Assembly (NCBI GenBank): GCA_965648935.1
Contig: CBFGIY010000041.1
Span: forward strand, 1-20,725
DNA: 20,725 nt
Direction of reading: 5' to 3'
From: a candidate division WOR-3 bacterium
GTDB taxonomy: Bacteria; Hydrothermota; Tepidihabitantia; Tepidihabitantales; Tepidihabitantaceae
The translations under genes were made by a program, and so were the position numbers. Under the pieces are notes generated by a model. The model was not told where the DNA came from. It worked only from the letters and a program-made list of their open reading frames with translations, and searched no databases. This document shows, piece by piece, positions 1-7,423 of this stretch. How positions within the stretch are numbered: position 1 is the first letter of the stretch; each line of letters opens with the position of its first letter.

Positions 1-6
1 AACATG

Positions 7-32
7 GAAACATGGGGACGCTACCCATGTTT
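7..32 (+). repeat. Left REP/TIR-like hairpin: AAACATGGG-GACGCTA-CCCATGTTT (9-bp stem, 7-nt loop)
   Basis: Read directly. 7-32 is 24/26 identical to the reverse complement of 754-779. The transposase stop codon (21-23) lies in the loop. Confidence 0.9.
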
Positions 33-716
33 ACGCCTCTCCTTCGGCTGCCGCGTTCGGGGTCTGCCGCCGGGCTGCGGTTTGAGGGTTCTGCCAATCT
101 TGCGTTCGATACGACTCACGAACTCGTCGGTGCCCAGCGGTCGACCGGTGCGGGTGTTCAGCCGGAGCCCGTCCAGCAGCGTGCTCTCCTCGGTCTCGCG
201 CAACCATTCGGCCCAGTCCGCGACACCGGCAGATGTCTTGAGCCTGGTGATGTCCGAAAGCAGCGGGTCGGTGCGGAGTCCGGCGTGGGCTGCCGCGCTA
301 CTCCATGGGTAGTTCTCGGCACGACGGACAATCCGCGCCCGCACCGGGTTGCGCTCGACATACCGGATGGCGGCCAGCGTGTGCGCATCGTCCATCGCGC
401 AGGAGAAGTACCGTCCCTGCCACAGCCTGCCGCTCAGACCGTGGGTCCAGTTCACGTACTGGGCGTAGCGCAGGTGAACCGGCTTCAGCACCGACGCCAG
501 CGTGTGGGCCTCGGCCGGCACCACCACGAGGTGCAGGTGATTGGTCATCAGGCAGTAGGCCAGCACTTCGAGCCCGCGAGCGGACGCGTATTCCTCCAGC
601 AGCGACAGGTATCGACGAAAGTCAGCCTCACCGAAGAACACTTCTTCCCGACGATTGCCGCGCTGGGTCACGTGATGCGGTATCCCGGCCACAACAGCTC
701 GCGCCATCCTCGGCAT
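21..716 (-). CDS. HUH/Y1 tyrosine transposase, REP/TIR-associated (RAYT/TIRYT-like, IS200/IS605 TnpA superfamily), 231 aa
   Basis: N-terminal MPRMAR...PHHVTQRGNRREEVF; HUH motif in YCLMTNHLHL; GRLWQGRY; catalytic Tyr region RYVERNPVRA; YPWSSA; C-terminal GRPLG...GRPR tail typical of RAYT-like proteins. No tnpB is adjacent in the window. Confidence 0.95.
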   Translation of the reverse strand: MPRMARAVVAGIPHHVTQRGNRREEVFFGEADFRRYLSLLEEYASARGLEVLAYCLMTNHLHLVVVPAEAHTLASVLKPVHLRYAQYVNWTHGLSGRLWQGRYFSCAMDDAHTLAAIRYVERNPVRARIVRRAENYPWSSAAAHAGLRTDPLLSDITRLKTSAGVADWAEWLRETEESTLLDGLRLNTRTGRPLGTDEFVSRIERKIGRTLKPQPGGRPRTRQPKERRKHG

Positions 717-722
717 ACGACC

Positions 723-750
723 ACCCTATGCCTGCCACCGGTGATGTCAA
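723..750 (-). promoter_or_regulatory. sigma70-type promoter for the transposase, probably leaderless
   Basis: TTGACA (750-745), N16, TAGGGT (728-723), 6 nt, then ATG (716). No room for a transcribed SD. Confidence 0.55.
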
Positions 751-781
751 CAGAAACAAGGGTAGCGTCCCCAGGTTTCTG
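751..781 (-). repeat. Right REP/TIR-like hairpin: CAGAAACAAGGG-TAGCGTC-CCCAGGTTTCTG (10 of 12 stem pairs)
   Basis: Inverted copy of the 7-32 repeat sharing the core GGGGACGCTACCC, starting 35 nt upstream of the transposase ATG. Confidence 0.9.
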
Positions 782-1049
782 CTCCTCTCAGTGGGTCACG
801 ATGTGCCTGGGACAGAACTCCGTTGCGCGGAAGTCGCGCGAGTGGACGTAACAAAACGCCAGACTCCGCACACCGTCCATCGTCTGTCGACCGGAAACTG
901 GGCTACCAGCCCTTTGGTCCCGGCGGTGATTGGGCCGGGGCGGGCGGATGGAGGGGGGAGAGCTGGAGTTCGTTGAATTCCCGGCGGCGGGCAGGGATTC
1001 GGCGCGCGGTGCTGCGGCGGAGCTGACCGGAACGCACCTCTATGTCTAG

Positions 1050-1077
1050 GGTCACTATAACCTTGGTTATAGTGGCA
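1050..1077. other. Palindromic site with 11-6-11 tyrosine-recombinase (dif/Xer-like) geometry, or an operator
   Basis: GGTCACTATAA-CCTTGG-TTATAGTGGCA. It contains the perfect inverted repeat CACTATAACC-TT-GGTTATAGTG (1053-1074) and is AT-rich relative to the GC-rich surroundings. Confidence 0.45.
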
Positions 1078-1154
1078 TCGGTTTGTGGCTGAAGCCGAAA
1101 GTCCAGATAAGGCAATGTGTTGTGGGGACGGCCGTCATTGAGCGGCGCATCGAC

Positions 1155-1442
1155 TCCTCCGCCTCCCGGGCGGCTTCGCTCGGGGCTTCTCCCGCCGCAA
1201 CCAGCAGGGCTTTCTGGCCCGCAATCGAGGGCCCGGCCGTCGCGACGAGACTTGGCCCAAGGCCCGGACCGACGTTGGCCACAACCCTCAGTCCGACCGC
1301 TGGCCCGGTTCGCCCGGCTTGTCGTCGCGCCCTGATCGAGGCCTCTGTCTGCCCCTGTCTCGTTCCTTCAATCCACGCGACTCGCTGCCCGTGGCACAGC
1401 GCAGTTCGCGCCGCCGGCGCGACGCCTTGGTCGGTGACCGAA
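1155..1442. repeat. Cryptic degenerate 12-nt tandem array, 24 units
   Basis: Cutting into 12-mers from 1155: position 8 is C in 24/24 units, position 10 is A/T in 18/24, position 7 is never T, position 3 is never A. Confidence 0.8.
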
Positions 1443-1570
1443 CCGGGGTTTGAACTCTCGCCGGGCCGGGGCTGTTACCTTACCCTCGGTGCCTTTGTCG
1501 ACTTGGAGCGTGTGGGGTTTGAGGTGAGATCAGGGTCGCGCAAGCCGCGGTGCGGTCCCGGGTTGCTTCG

Positions 1571-1602
1571 GCCGTCAGCCGTTAGCTGTCAGCCGTTGGC
1601 TG
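1571..1602. repeat. Heptamer tandem repeat GCYGTYR x4.5
   Basis: GCCGTCA GCCGTTA GCTGTCA GCCGTTG GCTG, directly 3' of the stop codon of the last operon gene. Confidence 0.85.
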
Positions 1603-1603
1603 C

Positions 1604-2488
1604 CTAGTTGATGCGGAACTCGACCTTGGAGAACTTGGGCTGAAGGCCGAGGATGAAGCGGGGGGCGACTTTGAGCGCGCCCTGGGGCAGGACAACCCGG
1701 CGGGTGATTTCGTCCTGAATCACGCGGCAGCGGTCGGTGGAGAGCTTTTCCTGCTCGGTGTAGACGTAGACGACGACTTCCTTCTTGTACTTCTCTTTGA
1801 CGATGTTGGCCGCTTCGTCGAGGCGCGCCGCGGCTTTGTCGGTGAGCGCGGCACTGCCGTCCTTGAAGATGTTGTCGGCCGCTATGGCGACGACCCACTC
1901 GTTCTCGAAGGGGTAGGAGATGGCGTTGATGCGCTGGGGCGTGCCGGGTATGCGGGTCTGGTTGCCCTGTGCGTCGTAGGCGTTGAACACGAAGCCGTAG
2001 ACTTCGCCGACCGTTATCGCGTCGCCGGCGTCGGTCTTGCCGTCCCAGGTCATCAGGGCAGGGGGCTGGCCCTTGCGCGAGACGCGCCGGACCGTTTCGC
2101 CGAGGCTGTTGGATACAACCAGTTCCCAGGAGGCGACCCGGGTCTCGAACGAGGGCATGAAGACCATCAGGTCGCCGTAGATGAAGTCGCGCTCGACCGG
2201 CACGCGCAGGTAGGAGGAGTGAGTGGCGTGCTGGGGCGTGGTCATCGAGTCGACCGAGTGGTAGAGGCCTTCGTCGAGCACGTAGTTGTCCGGGGCGAGC
2301 ATCGAGTTGATGGGCGCGAAGGGGTCGAGCTGGGGAGGAAACCAGGGCTTGGTGTCGATTATCTTGACTTCGACTTCGCCGGTGATGACTTCTTCGCCGA
2401 GGCTCTGGGAGCCGCCGGCAGGGGACCGCTTGGCCGTGTCGGGCGGGGCGGTCTGGAGCACGAGGGCGAGCAGGAGCAGCGTGGTCAT
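1604..2488 (-). CDS. Exported protein with FlgD-Ig-like domain and degenerate C-terminal OmpA/MotB-like domain, 294 aa
   Basis: Hydrophobic N-terminus MTTLLLLALVLQ; WELVVSNSLGETVR...PP...TWDGKTDAG...G.VY...AYDAQGN (FlgD-Ig); NIFKDGSAALTDKAAARLDEAANIVK...KLSTDR...KVEFRI (OmpA_C-like). Confidence 0.8.
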   Translation of the reverse strand: MTTLLLLALVLQTAPPDTAKRSPAGGSQSLGEEVITGEVEVKIIDTKPWFPPQLDPFAPINSMLAPDNYVLDEGLYHSVDSMTTPQHATHSSYLRVPVERDFIYGDLMVFMPSFETRVASWELVVSNSLGETVRRVSRKGQPPALMTWDGKTDAGDAITVGEVYGFVFNAYDAQGNQTRIPGTPQRINAISYPFENEWVVAIAADNIFKDGSAALTDKAAARLDEAANIVKEKYKKEVVVYVYTEQEKLSTDRCRVIQDEITRRVVLPQGALKVAPRFILGLQPKFSKVEFRIN

Positions 2489-2492
2489 GGTT

Positions 2493-3398
2493 CTATGAAA
2501 GCGTGAAGCGGAAGGTTATGACGCCCCACTGGTCTTCGCTCTTGACCCCGGCGGCGAGCGGGGCGAACTCCCAGCCGCGCAGGGCGTCGACCACGACCTG
2601 GTCGAGGTCGGGGTAGCCGGATGAGCTTTCGACCTGGGGCACGCCCTTGACCCGGCCGTCAGGCTGGACCCAGAGCTTGACCACGACCGTGCCCGAGATG
2701 CGGCGCTCGAGCGCCCACTTGGGGTAGCGCGGCACGACGCGGCACTTGATCTCGCGCTCGGAGATGGGGCCGGCAATCATGAACTGGGAGCCTTTGGCCG
2801 GGGCCGCGACAGCGGCCGGCAGTTCCGCGGTCGGGGCCGTGGGCAGGGCGCGCGTGACCGGTTTGGCGAGGCTGCGGCGCTCGATGGTCAGTTGCGCCTG
2901 CTGCTGGGGCACGCCGGGCATCCCGGTGAGGCCGGGTACGCCCTTGCCCGATGACAGGCCGCGGGACAGCGCGACCTTTGGCTGGGCGAGTATCTCGTCG
3001 GTGGACTTGGTCGAGCCGGAGCCGCCGAGCTTGATGGTGGCCATGCCGTCGCCGCGGTCGAGTTCGTAGCGGTCGAGGTCAATCTTGGCCTGGGACTTGT
3101 CACGCTCGAGGCTGGCGCTCAGGTCTATCGCCGGGACTTCGTCGGCGGCGACGCCCGAGGCATAGGTCGGGACCGGGGCTTCTTCGGCCGCGCCGCCGCC
3201 GCCCGGGATTGCGGCCTTGGGCAGGACGCGCGCAACCTCGGGCCGGTAGGTGACGTCCATGAAGCTGACTTCCTGCATGTCGGCGTAGTCGCGCCCGAGG
3301 GGACGGGAGCGCGAAACGAGCAGGACAAAGGCGACGTGGAGCGCCGCGGACACGGCGATGGCTATCTCGAAAGACCGGGAGCGGCGTTCGGCGAACAT
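2493..3398 (-). CDS. tonB: TonB family energy transducer, 301 aa
   Basis: N-terminal TM helix with SxxxH (VSAALHV); Pro/Ala/Gly-rich linker; TonB_C domain PRYPKWALERRISGTVVVKLWVQPDGRV...SSGYPDLDQVVVDALRGWEFAP. Confidence 0.92.
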   Translation of the reverse strand: MFAERRSRSFEIAIAVSAALHVAFVLLVSRSRPLGRDYADMQEVSFMDVTYRPEVARVLPKAAIPGGGGAAEEAPVPTYASGVAADEVPAIDLSASLERDKSQAKIDLDRYELDRGDGMATIKLGGSGSTKSTDEILAQPKVALSRGLSSGKGVPGLTGMPGVPQQQAQLTIERRSLAKPVTRALPTAPTAELPAAVAAPAKGSQFMIAGPISEREIKCRVVPRYPKWALERRISGTVVVKLWVQPDGRVKGVPQVESSSGYPDLDQVVVDALRGWEFAPLAAGVKSEDQWGVITFRFTLS

Positions 3399-3399
3399 T

Positions 3400-3792
3400 C
3401 TAGCCTTCCCTCAGGCGCTTGGTCGCGCAGGCGATGCGCTGGGCGCCGGCACGCCGGGCAGTGGCGAGCACGTCGAGCACGCGGTCGTGGAGACAGTCCT
3501 TGTCGGCGCGGACCACGACCAGCACGTAGGGGTCGCGCGTGACCGCGCCGCGCACGGCGTTTTCCAGGGTCGCAAAGTCGGGCACTGCCTGGTCGTCGAG
3601 AAAGAGCGCGCCGTCGGTGTTGAGCGTGATGGTGACGTCGTTTTCGACCTTGCGCTCGGAGGTGTGGGTCTGGGGCAGGGTCACCGGCGTGTTGTTGCGG
3701 GTGACGACCATCGGCGCTACGACCATCATCACGAGCACGAGGATGAGGCCGACCGCGGCCATCGGCAGGATGTCGATGCTGGCGTTCTTCAC
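3400..3792 (-). CDS. exbD: ExbD/TolR family protein lacking the canonical TM aspartate, 130 aa
   Basis: IDILPMAAVGLILVLVMMVVAP TM helix; VTLP; VVVRADK...DRVLDVLATARRAGAQRI. The GTG start overlaps the upstream TGA. Confidence 0.9.
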   Translation of the reverse strand: MKNASIDILPMAAVGLILVLVMMVVAPMVVTRNNTPVTLPQTHTSERKVENDVTITLNTDGALFLDDQAVPDFATLENAVRGAVTRDPYVLVVVRADKDCLHDRVLDVLATARRAGAQRIACATKRLREG

Positions 3793-4202
3793 TGTGCCCT
3801 CCGCTTGCGCAGCAGCGCGAGGTCGGCGGCGCCCGACTGCTTGGCGAGGTCGAGGACCTGCATCACGTTCTCGTAGCGGACATTCTCGGCCGTGGAGACG
3901 ACGACCCGGCGTTCGACCGAGCGGTCAAGCAGCCGGGGCAGGAGCTCGGCAAGCTGCTCGAACGTGACCGGCGACTCGTTGAGCATTATCTCGCCGGCGT
4001 CGTTGATGAAGACATTGGCCTTGATGTCGGAGCCTTCCTCGCCGGCGGCGGCGCGGGACGCGCCCGGCGCGGAAACGAAGATGCCCGATTCGAAGAACAG
4101 CGGCATCGCGACCATGAAGCCGATGACCAGCGAGAGCGCGATGTCGACCAGCGAGGTGAGGATGAGCTGGTCGTGGCGAGTCTCGTGGCGGCGGCGCTTC
4201 AT
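3789..4202 (-). CDS. exbD: ExbD/TolR family protein with intact TM Asp20, 137 aa
   Basis: LTSLVDIALSLVIGFMVAMP; VRYENVMQVLDLAKQSGAADLAL. The start abuts the exbB stop. Confidence 0.92.
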   Translation of the reverse strand: MKRRRHETRHDQLILTSLVDIALSLVIGFMVAMPLFFESGIFVSAPGASRAAAGEEGSDIKANVFINDAGEIMLNESPVTFEQLAELLPRLLDRSVERRVVVSTAENVRYENVMQVLDLAKQSGAADLALLRKRRAQ

Positions 4203-4919
4203 CTAGAACTTCCAGCTCGAGTCTTCAGCCGGTACCGGCTTGGGCGCCGGGGCGGCCGAGACCTGCGGCTGCGGTTTGGGCGCGTCGACCTTGCCCGCGG
4301 CCTGCATCCGCGAGAGCATCACGACCAGCCGTTCCGATGTGCTCTCGAGCGAGACCGCGAGGTCGGCCGACTTCTTCGTGAAGTAGTTGTAGAAGAACAG
4401 GGTCGGGATGCCGATGAGCAGCCCGAACGCGGTGGTGATGAGCGCTTCGGCGATGCCGGCCGAAACCACGGCCGGGCCGCCCGAGCCGGTCTGGGCGATG
4501 TTGTGGAACGCGCCGATGAGGCCGGTCACCGTGCCCAGCAGTCCGAGCAGGGTCGCGGCGTTGGCCAGCGTGCCCATCCCGCCGAGCAGGCGCTCGAAGC
4601 GCAGCTTCTCTTCGAGGATGAGGCTGTAGAGCAGGTCGTCGAGCTCGTCGATGGGCAGGCCGAGGTTCTCCAGCGCGACCGTAAACATCCGGCCGAGCGG
4701 GTTCTTCTGGGTCTTGGCCCAGGCGAGCGCGGCTTCGGTCCCGCCCGAGGCGAGGCGGCGGCGCAGTTCGGTCAGGCCCTGGGCGCCGGCGAAGCGGTTG
4801 CGCCAGAAGTACCAGAGCCGCTCGACGATGAGCGCGAGCGCGGCGATCGAGGCCGCGAGCAGCAGCACCATCACGAAGCTGCCCTTGAGAATGTCCAGCA
4901 GGCTGCGACCCATTATCAT
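4203..4919 (-). CDS. exbB: MotA/TolQ/ExbB proton channel subunit, 238 aa
   Basis: Three TM segments; IVERL; LLGLLGTVTGLIGAF; VSAGIAEALITTAFGLLIGIP with conserved Thr/Glu/Thr. AGGAG SD at 4934-4930 and ATGA overlap with the TPR gene stop. Confidence 0.95.
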   Translation of the reverse strand: MIMGRSLLDILKGSFVMVLLLAASIAALALIVERLWYFWRNRFAGAQGLTELRRRLASGGTEAALAWAKTQKNPLGRMFTVALENLGLPIDELDDLLYSLILEEKLRFERLLGGMGTLANAATLLGLLGTVTGLIGAFHNIAQTGSGGPAVVSAGIAEALITTAFGLLIGIPTLFFYNYFTKKSADLAVSLESTSERLVVMLSRMQAAGKVDAPKPQPQVSAAPAPKPVPAEDSSWKF

Positions 4920-7411
4920 TGCTTGTTGTCTCCTTGATTTGCGGGCGCGGGCGAGGTTGCGGCCCCGCCCTCGGGCTGGTCGAGCAGGCCGGCGCCGAGC
5001 CGGCGGCGGCAGATTTCAATGTTTTGCCTGGCGCTTTCGACATACTCCGACTCGGGGAAGCTGTCGATGACCGACTGGAACCGGGCAAGGCTGCGCTCGT
5101 ACTCGGCCGCGTTGAACAGCGCTGTGGCGAGGTTGAATGTGGCGCCGGCGCGCTGGGCGTGGTCCGGGTAGTAGGCGAGAAACTTCTCGTAGGCTGCGGC
5201 CGCATCGCGCCATTGCTCGGCGGCCGAGTAGGATTCCGCGGTGAGGAGCTGGGCCTCGGCCGCGACCGTGGCGGACGGGAACCCGACGACGGCCTTCTGC
5301 AGTTCGGCCACGGCTTCGCTGTACCGGTTGGCGTCGAACAGCGCGCGGCCCTTGCGGAACTGCGCCTCGGCCGCGAGCTCGGACTGGGGGAAGCGGCGCA
5401 GGAAGTCCTCCATCACGAGCGAGTCTTCCTGCCCGGCGAAGTAATAGCTCATCTCGAGGCTCTTGCGCACGCCCGGCACCTGCGGGTCCGAGGGGTAGAG
5501 GTCGAGGAACTTCTGGTACTCGCGGATGGCGTCGGTGTACTGGCGCCGGTTGTAGGCACTCTGGGCGACGAGGGCCTGGGACGGCGCGGCGAAGTCGGAC
5601 TGCGGGTAGCGCTCGATGACGAAGTTGAAACTCGCGACAGCTTTGTCGTACTCCAGCGCCTTGAAATAGGTGTCGCCCGATCGGAACGCGGCCTCGGCCG
5701 CCTTGGGGTTGTTCTCGGGGTACTTGTTGATGAGCTGGGTCCAGGCGTCGACGGCCTGGCCGTAGTACTGGAGCTGGTAGTAGCAGTAGCCGGACCAGAA
5801 CAGGCCGGGTATCGCGGCGAGTTCGAGGCTGGGGAAGGTGTTGGCCAGGGCCTCGAACACGTCGAGCGCCTCGAGGTACTTCTTCTGGTTGAACAGGGAG
5901 TAGCCGTAGCCGAGGAAGGCGCTGACCGTGAAGAGCGTGTCCTGGATGCGCGCGGTGGTCAGGCCCTTGAACCCGGCCGCGGCTTCCGCGAGCCGGCCGA
6001 GGTGGTAGAGGCTGTAGCACCGACCGAGCCGGGCATAGGGCGCGATGTCCGAGGAGCTGCCGCCGGCCGCAGCGGCCTGGGAGTAGAAGGCGTCGGCCTC
6101 GTTGTACTTGCGGTCGTAGTAGAAGCCCTCGGCGAGGAAGTAGAGCGTGCGCGCGCGCCAGCCGGTGTTGTCCTGGGGGAAGTCACGGATGTACTTCGCC
6201 CCGACCGCGACCGCCTGCTGGTACTCGCCCATCGTGTTGCGCGCAAGCAGCAGCATCGCGCAGGCCGGCTCGCGCAGCGCGGTCGAGGCATAGTTGACGA
6301 GCACGTTCTCGAACTGGGCCGCGGCGCGGGCGTAGTCGCCGACCTGGTAGAATATCACACCGGACATGTAGTTGCCGACACCCGAGAGCTCGCCCGACTT
6401 GAACATCGTCGCGAGCTGGGAAGTGGCGAGCAGGGTCTGGGCGGTGTCGGCCGCGGCGAGCATCGCCTGGGCGAGCTGGAGGTTGGCGAAGCTGGCGACC
6501 TTCGTGCGCGGGAAGTTGGCACGCACGCGCTGGAACCGCTCGACCGCGGCCTGGGGCTTGCCAAGCGCGAGGCTGGCCGAGCCAATGAAGTAGTTGGCGT
6601 GGGCCGCGATGAGGTTGTTGGGGTGGCGGGTGAGCGGGGTGAGCCGCTCCACCGCCGCGGCGTACTGGCGCTGGCTCAGCAGCGCGCAGCCGAGGAAGTA
6701 GGCGGCGTAGTCGGCCAGCGGCGAGGCGGGGAACTGCTCGATGAACACCGCGAACTTGGCCCGGGCACCGTCGAAGTCGCGGTTCTCGAAGAGGGCCTGA
6801 CCCGCGGCGAAGTGCGCCAGGGTGGCCAGCGGCGTGTTGGGCACCTCGTCGGTGATTTCCTTGAATTTGATGAGCGCCTGGAGCGGCTTGCCGGTGCGGG
6901 CGTAGGACTTGGCCAGGTAGAAGCGCGCCTCGGGCATCGACAGCCCCTCGAGCCGGGAGATGGCCTGGGGGAACTCGCCCTGGAAGTAGTGCAGCACCCC
7001 GGCGGCGAAAGCGACGCGCGGCTCGCGGTCGTAGCCCTGTTCCTTGGCCAGCCGTTCGAGCACGGCGCGGGCCCGGGCGTGGTTGCCCTGCATTATCGCC
7101 GACAGCGCGAGGCCGTACATCGCCTCGGGCCGGATGTAGCCGTAGCGCGGTTTCTCGACAAGCTCGGTGAAGAGGTCGGCGGAGCGGGCGTACTGACCGA
7201 GATTGTAGTAGGTCTCGGCCAGGGCGAAGCGCAGTTCGTCGCCGTACTCGCTCGAGCCGAAGTCGCGCACGAGCGTTGTGAGACGGGAGGCCGCGCCGGT
7301 GTAGTCGCCCTGGGCGATGGCTTCCTGGGCCGCGTTGTAGCGCGTGACCAGGACGCGCGACTGCTCGGGCGAGAGCGCGGCGGTGAGCGCGAAGAGCAGC
7401 GCGAGCATCAT
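4916..7411 (-). CDS. Large exported tetratricopeptide-repeat protein (BamD/CpoB-like repeats), about 831 aa
   Basis: Continuous TPRs with (Y/F)P.S..A..A junctions (FPASPLADYA, YPQSDFAAPS, FPQSELAAEA, FPESEYVESA). Hydrophobic N-terminus without a lipobox Cys. AGGAG at 7425-7421 favours ATG 7411 over GTG 7417. Confidence 0.92.
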   Translation of the reverse strand: MMLALLFALTAALSPEQSRVLVTRYNAAQEAIAQGDYTGAASRLTTLVRDFGSSEYGDELRFALAETYYNLGQYARSADLFTELVEKPRYGYIRPEAMYGLALSAIMQGNHARARAVLERLAKEQGYDREPRVAFAAGVLHYFQGEFPQAISRLEGLSMPEARFYLAKSYARTGKPLQALIKFKEITDEVPNTPLATLAHFAAGQALFENRDFDGARAKFAVFIEQFPASPLADYAAYFLGCALLSQRQYAAAVERLTPLTRHPNNLIAAHANYFIGSASLALGKPQAAVERFQRVRANFPRTKVASFANLQLAQAMLAAADTAQTLLATSQLATMFKSGELSGVGNYMSGVIFYQVGDYARAAAQFENVLVNYASTALREPACAMLLLARNTMGEYQQAVAVGAKYIRDFPQDNTGWRARTLYFLAEGFYYDRKYNEADAFYSQAAAAGGSSSDIAPYARLGRCYSLYHLGRLAEAAAGFKGLTTARIQDTLFTVSAFLGYGYSLFNQKKYLEALDVFEALANTFPSLELAAIPGLFWSGYCYYQLQYYGQAVDAWTQLINKYPENNPKAAEAAFRSGDTYFKALEYDKAVASFNFVIERYPQSDFAAPSQALVAQSAYNRRQYTDAIREYQKFLDLYPSDPQVPGVRKSLEMSYYFAGQEDSLVMEDFLRRFPQSELAAEAQFRKGRALFDANRYSEAVAELQKAVVGFPSATVAAEAQLLTAESYSAAEQWRDAAAAYEKFLAYYPDHAQRAGATFNLATALFNAAEYERSLARFQSVIDSFPESEYVESARQNIEICRRRLGAGLLDQPEGGAATSPAPANQGDNKQ

Positions 7412-7423
7412 GCCCACTGACTC

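Larger units (their letters stand above)
7..781 (-). mobile_element. Putative TIR/REP-bounded Y1 transposase unit
   Basis: A single transposase gene sits between two inverted palindromic repeats. Mobility itself is not shown by the sequence. Confidence 0.65.

Noticed and set aside
12..851. 279-aa + strand ORF spanning the transposase
   Set aside because: Antisense shadow of a clear Y1 transposase.
932..958. Possible G-quadruplex (GGG-CC-GGGG-C-GGG-N8-GGGGGG)
   Set aside because: Expected by chance at this GC content, with no supporting context.
989..996. KOPS-like GGGCAGGG pointing at the dif-like site
   Set aside because: The same octamer occurs in the same orientation on the other side (2056-2063, 2841-2848), so there is no polarity switch. 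It is common in GC-rich DNA and may not apply to this taxon.
782..1603. CRISPR array, tRNA or known riboswitch/ncRNA in the long intergenic region
   Set aside because: No identical direct repeats with spacers, no cloverleaf and no motif I recognise. An Rfam search was not possible.
1083..1607. 174-aa + strand ORF over the 12-nt array (also 903-1115 and 1067-1282 on -)
   Set aside because: No SD or recognisable domain, and open frames are cheap at this GC content. Kept only as one hypothesis for the array, not called as CDS.
2493..4919. Reading the motor genes as canonical Tol-Pal or a nutrient-uptake Ton system
   Set aside because: No TolB, lipoprotein Pal or TonB-dependent receptor in the operon. 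The exbB/exbD/tonB symbols denote family only.
4919..7420. 833-aa + strand ORF exactly antisense to the TPR gene
   Set aside because: Mirror-frame shadow ORF expected from high-GC codon usage. No recognisable motifs, while the - strand gene fits the operon.
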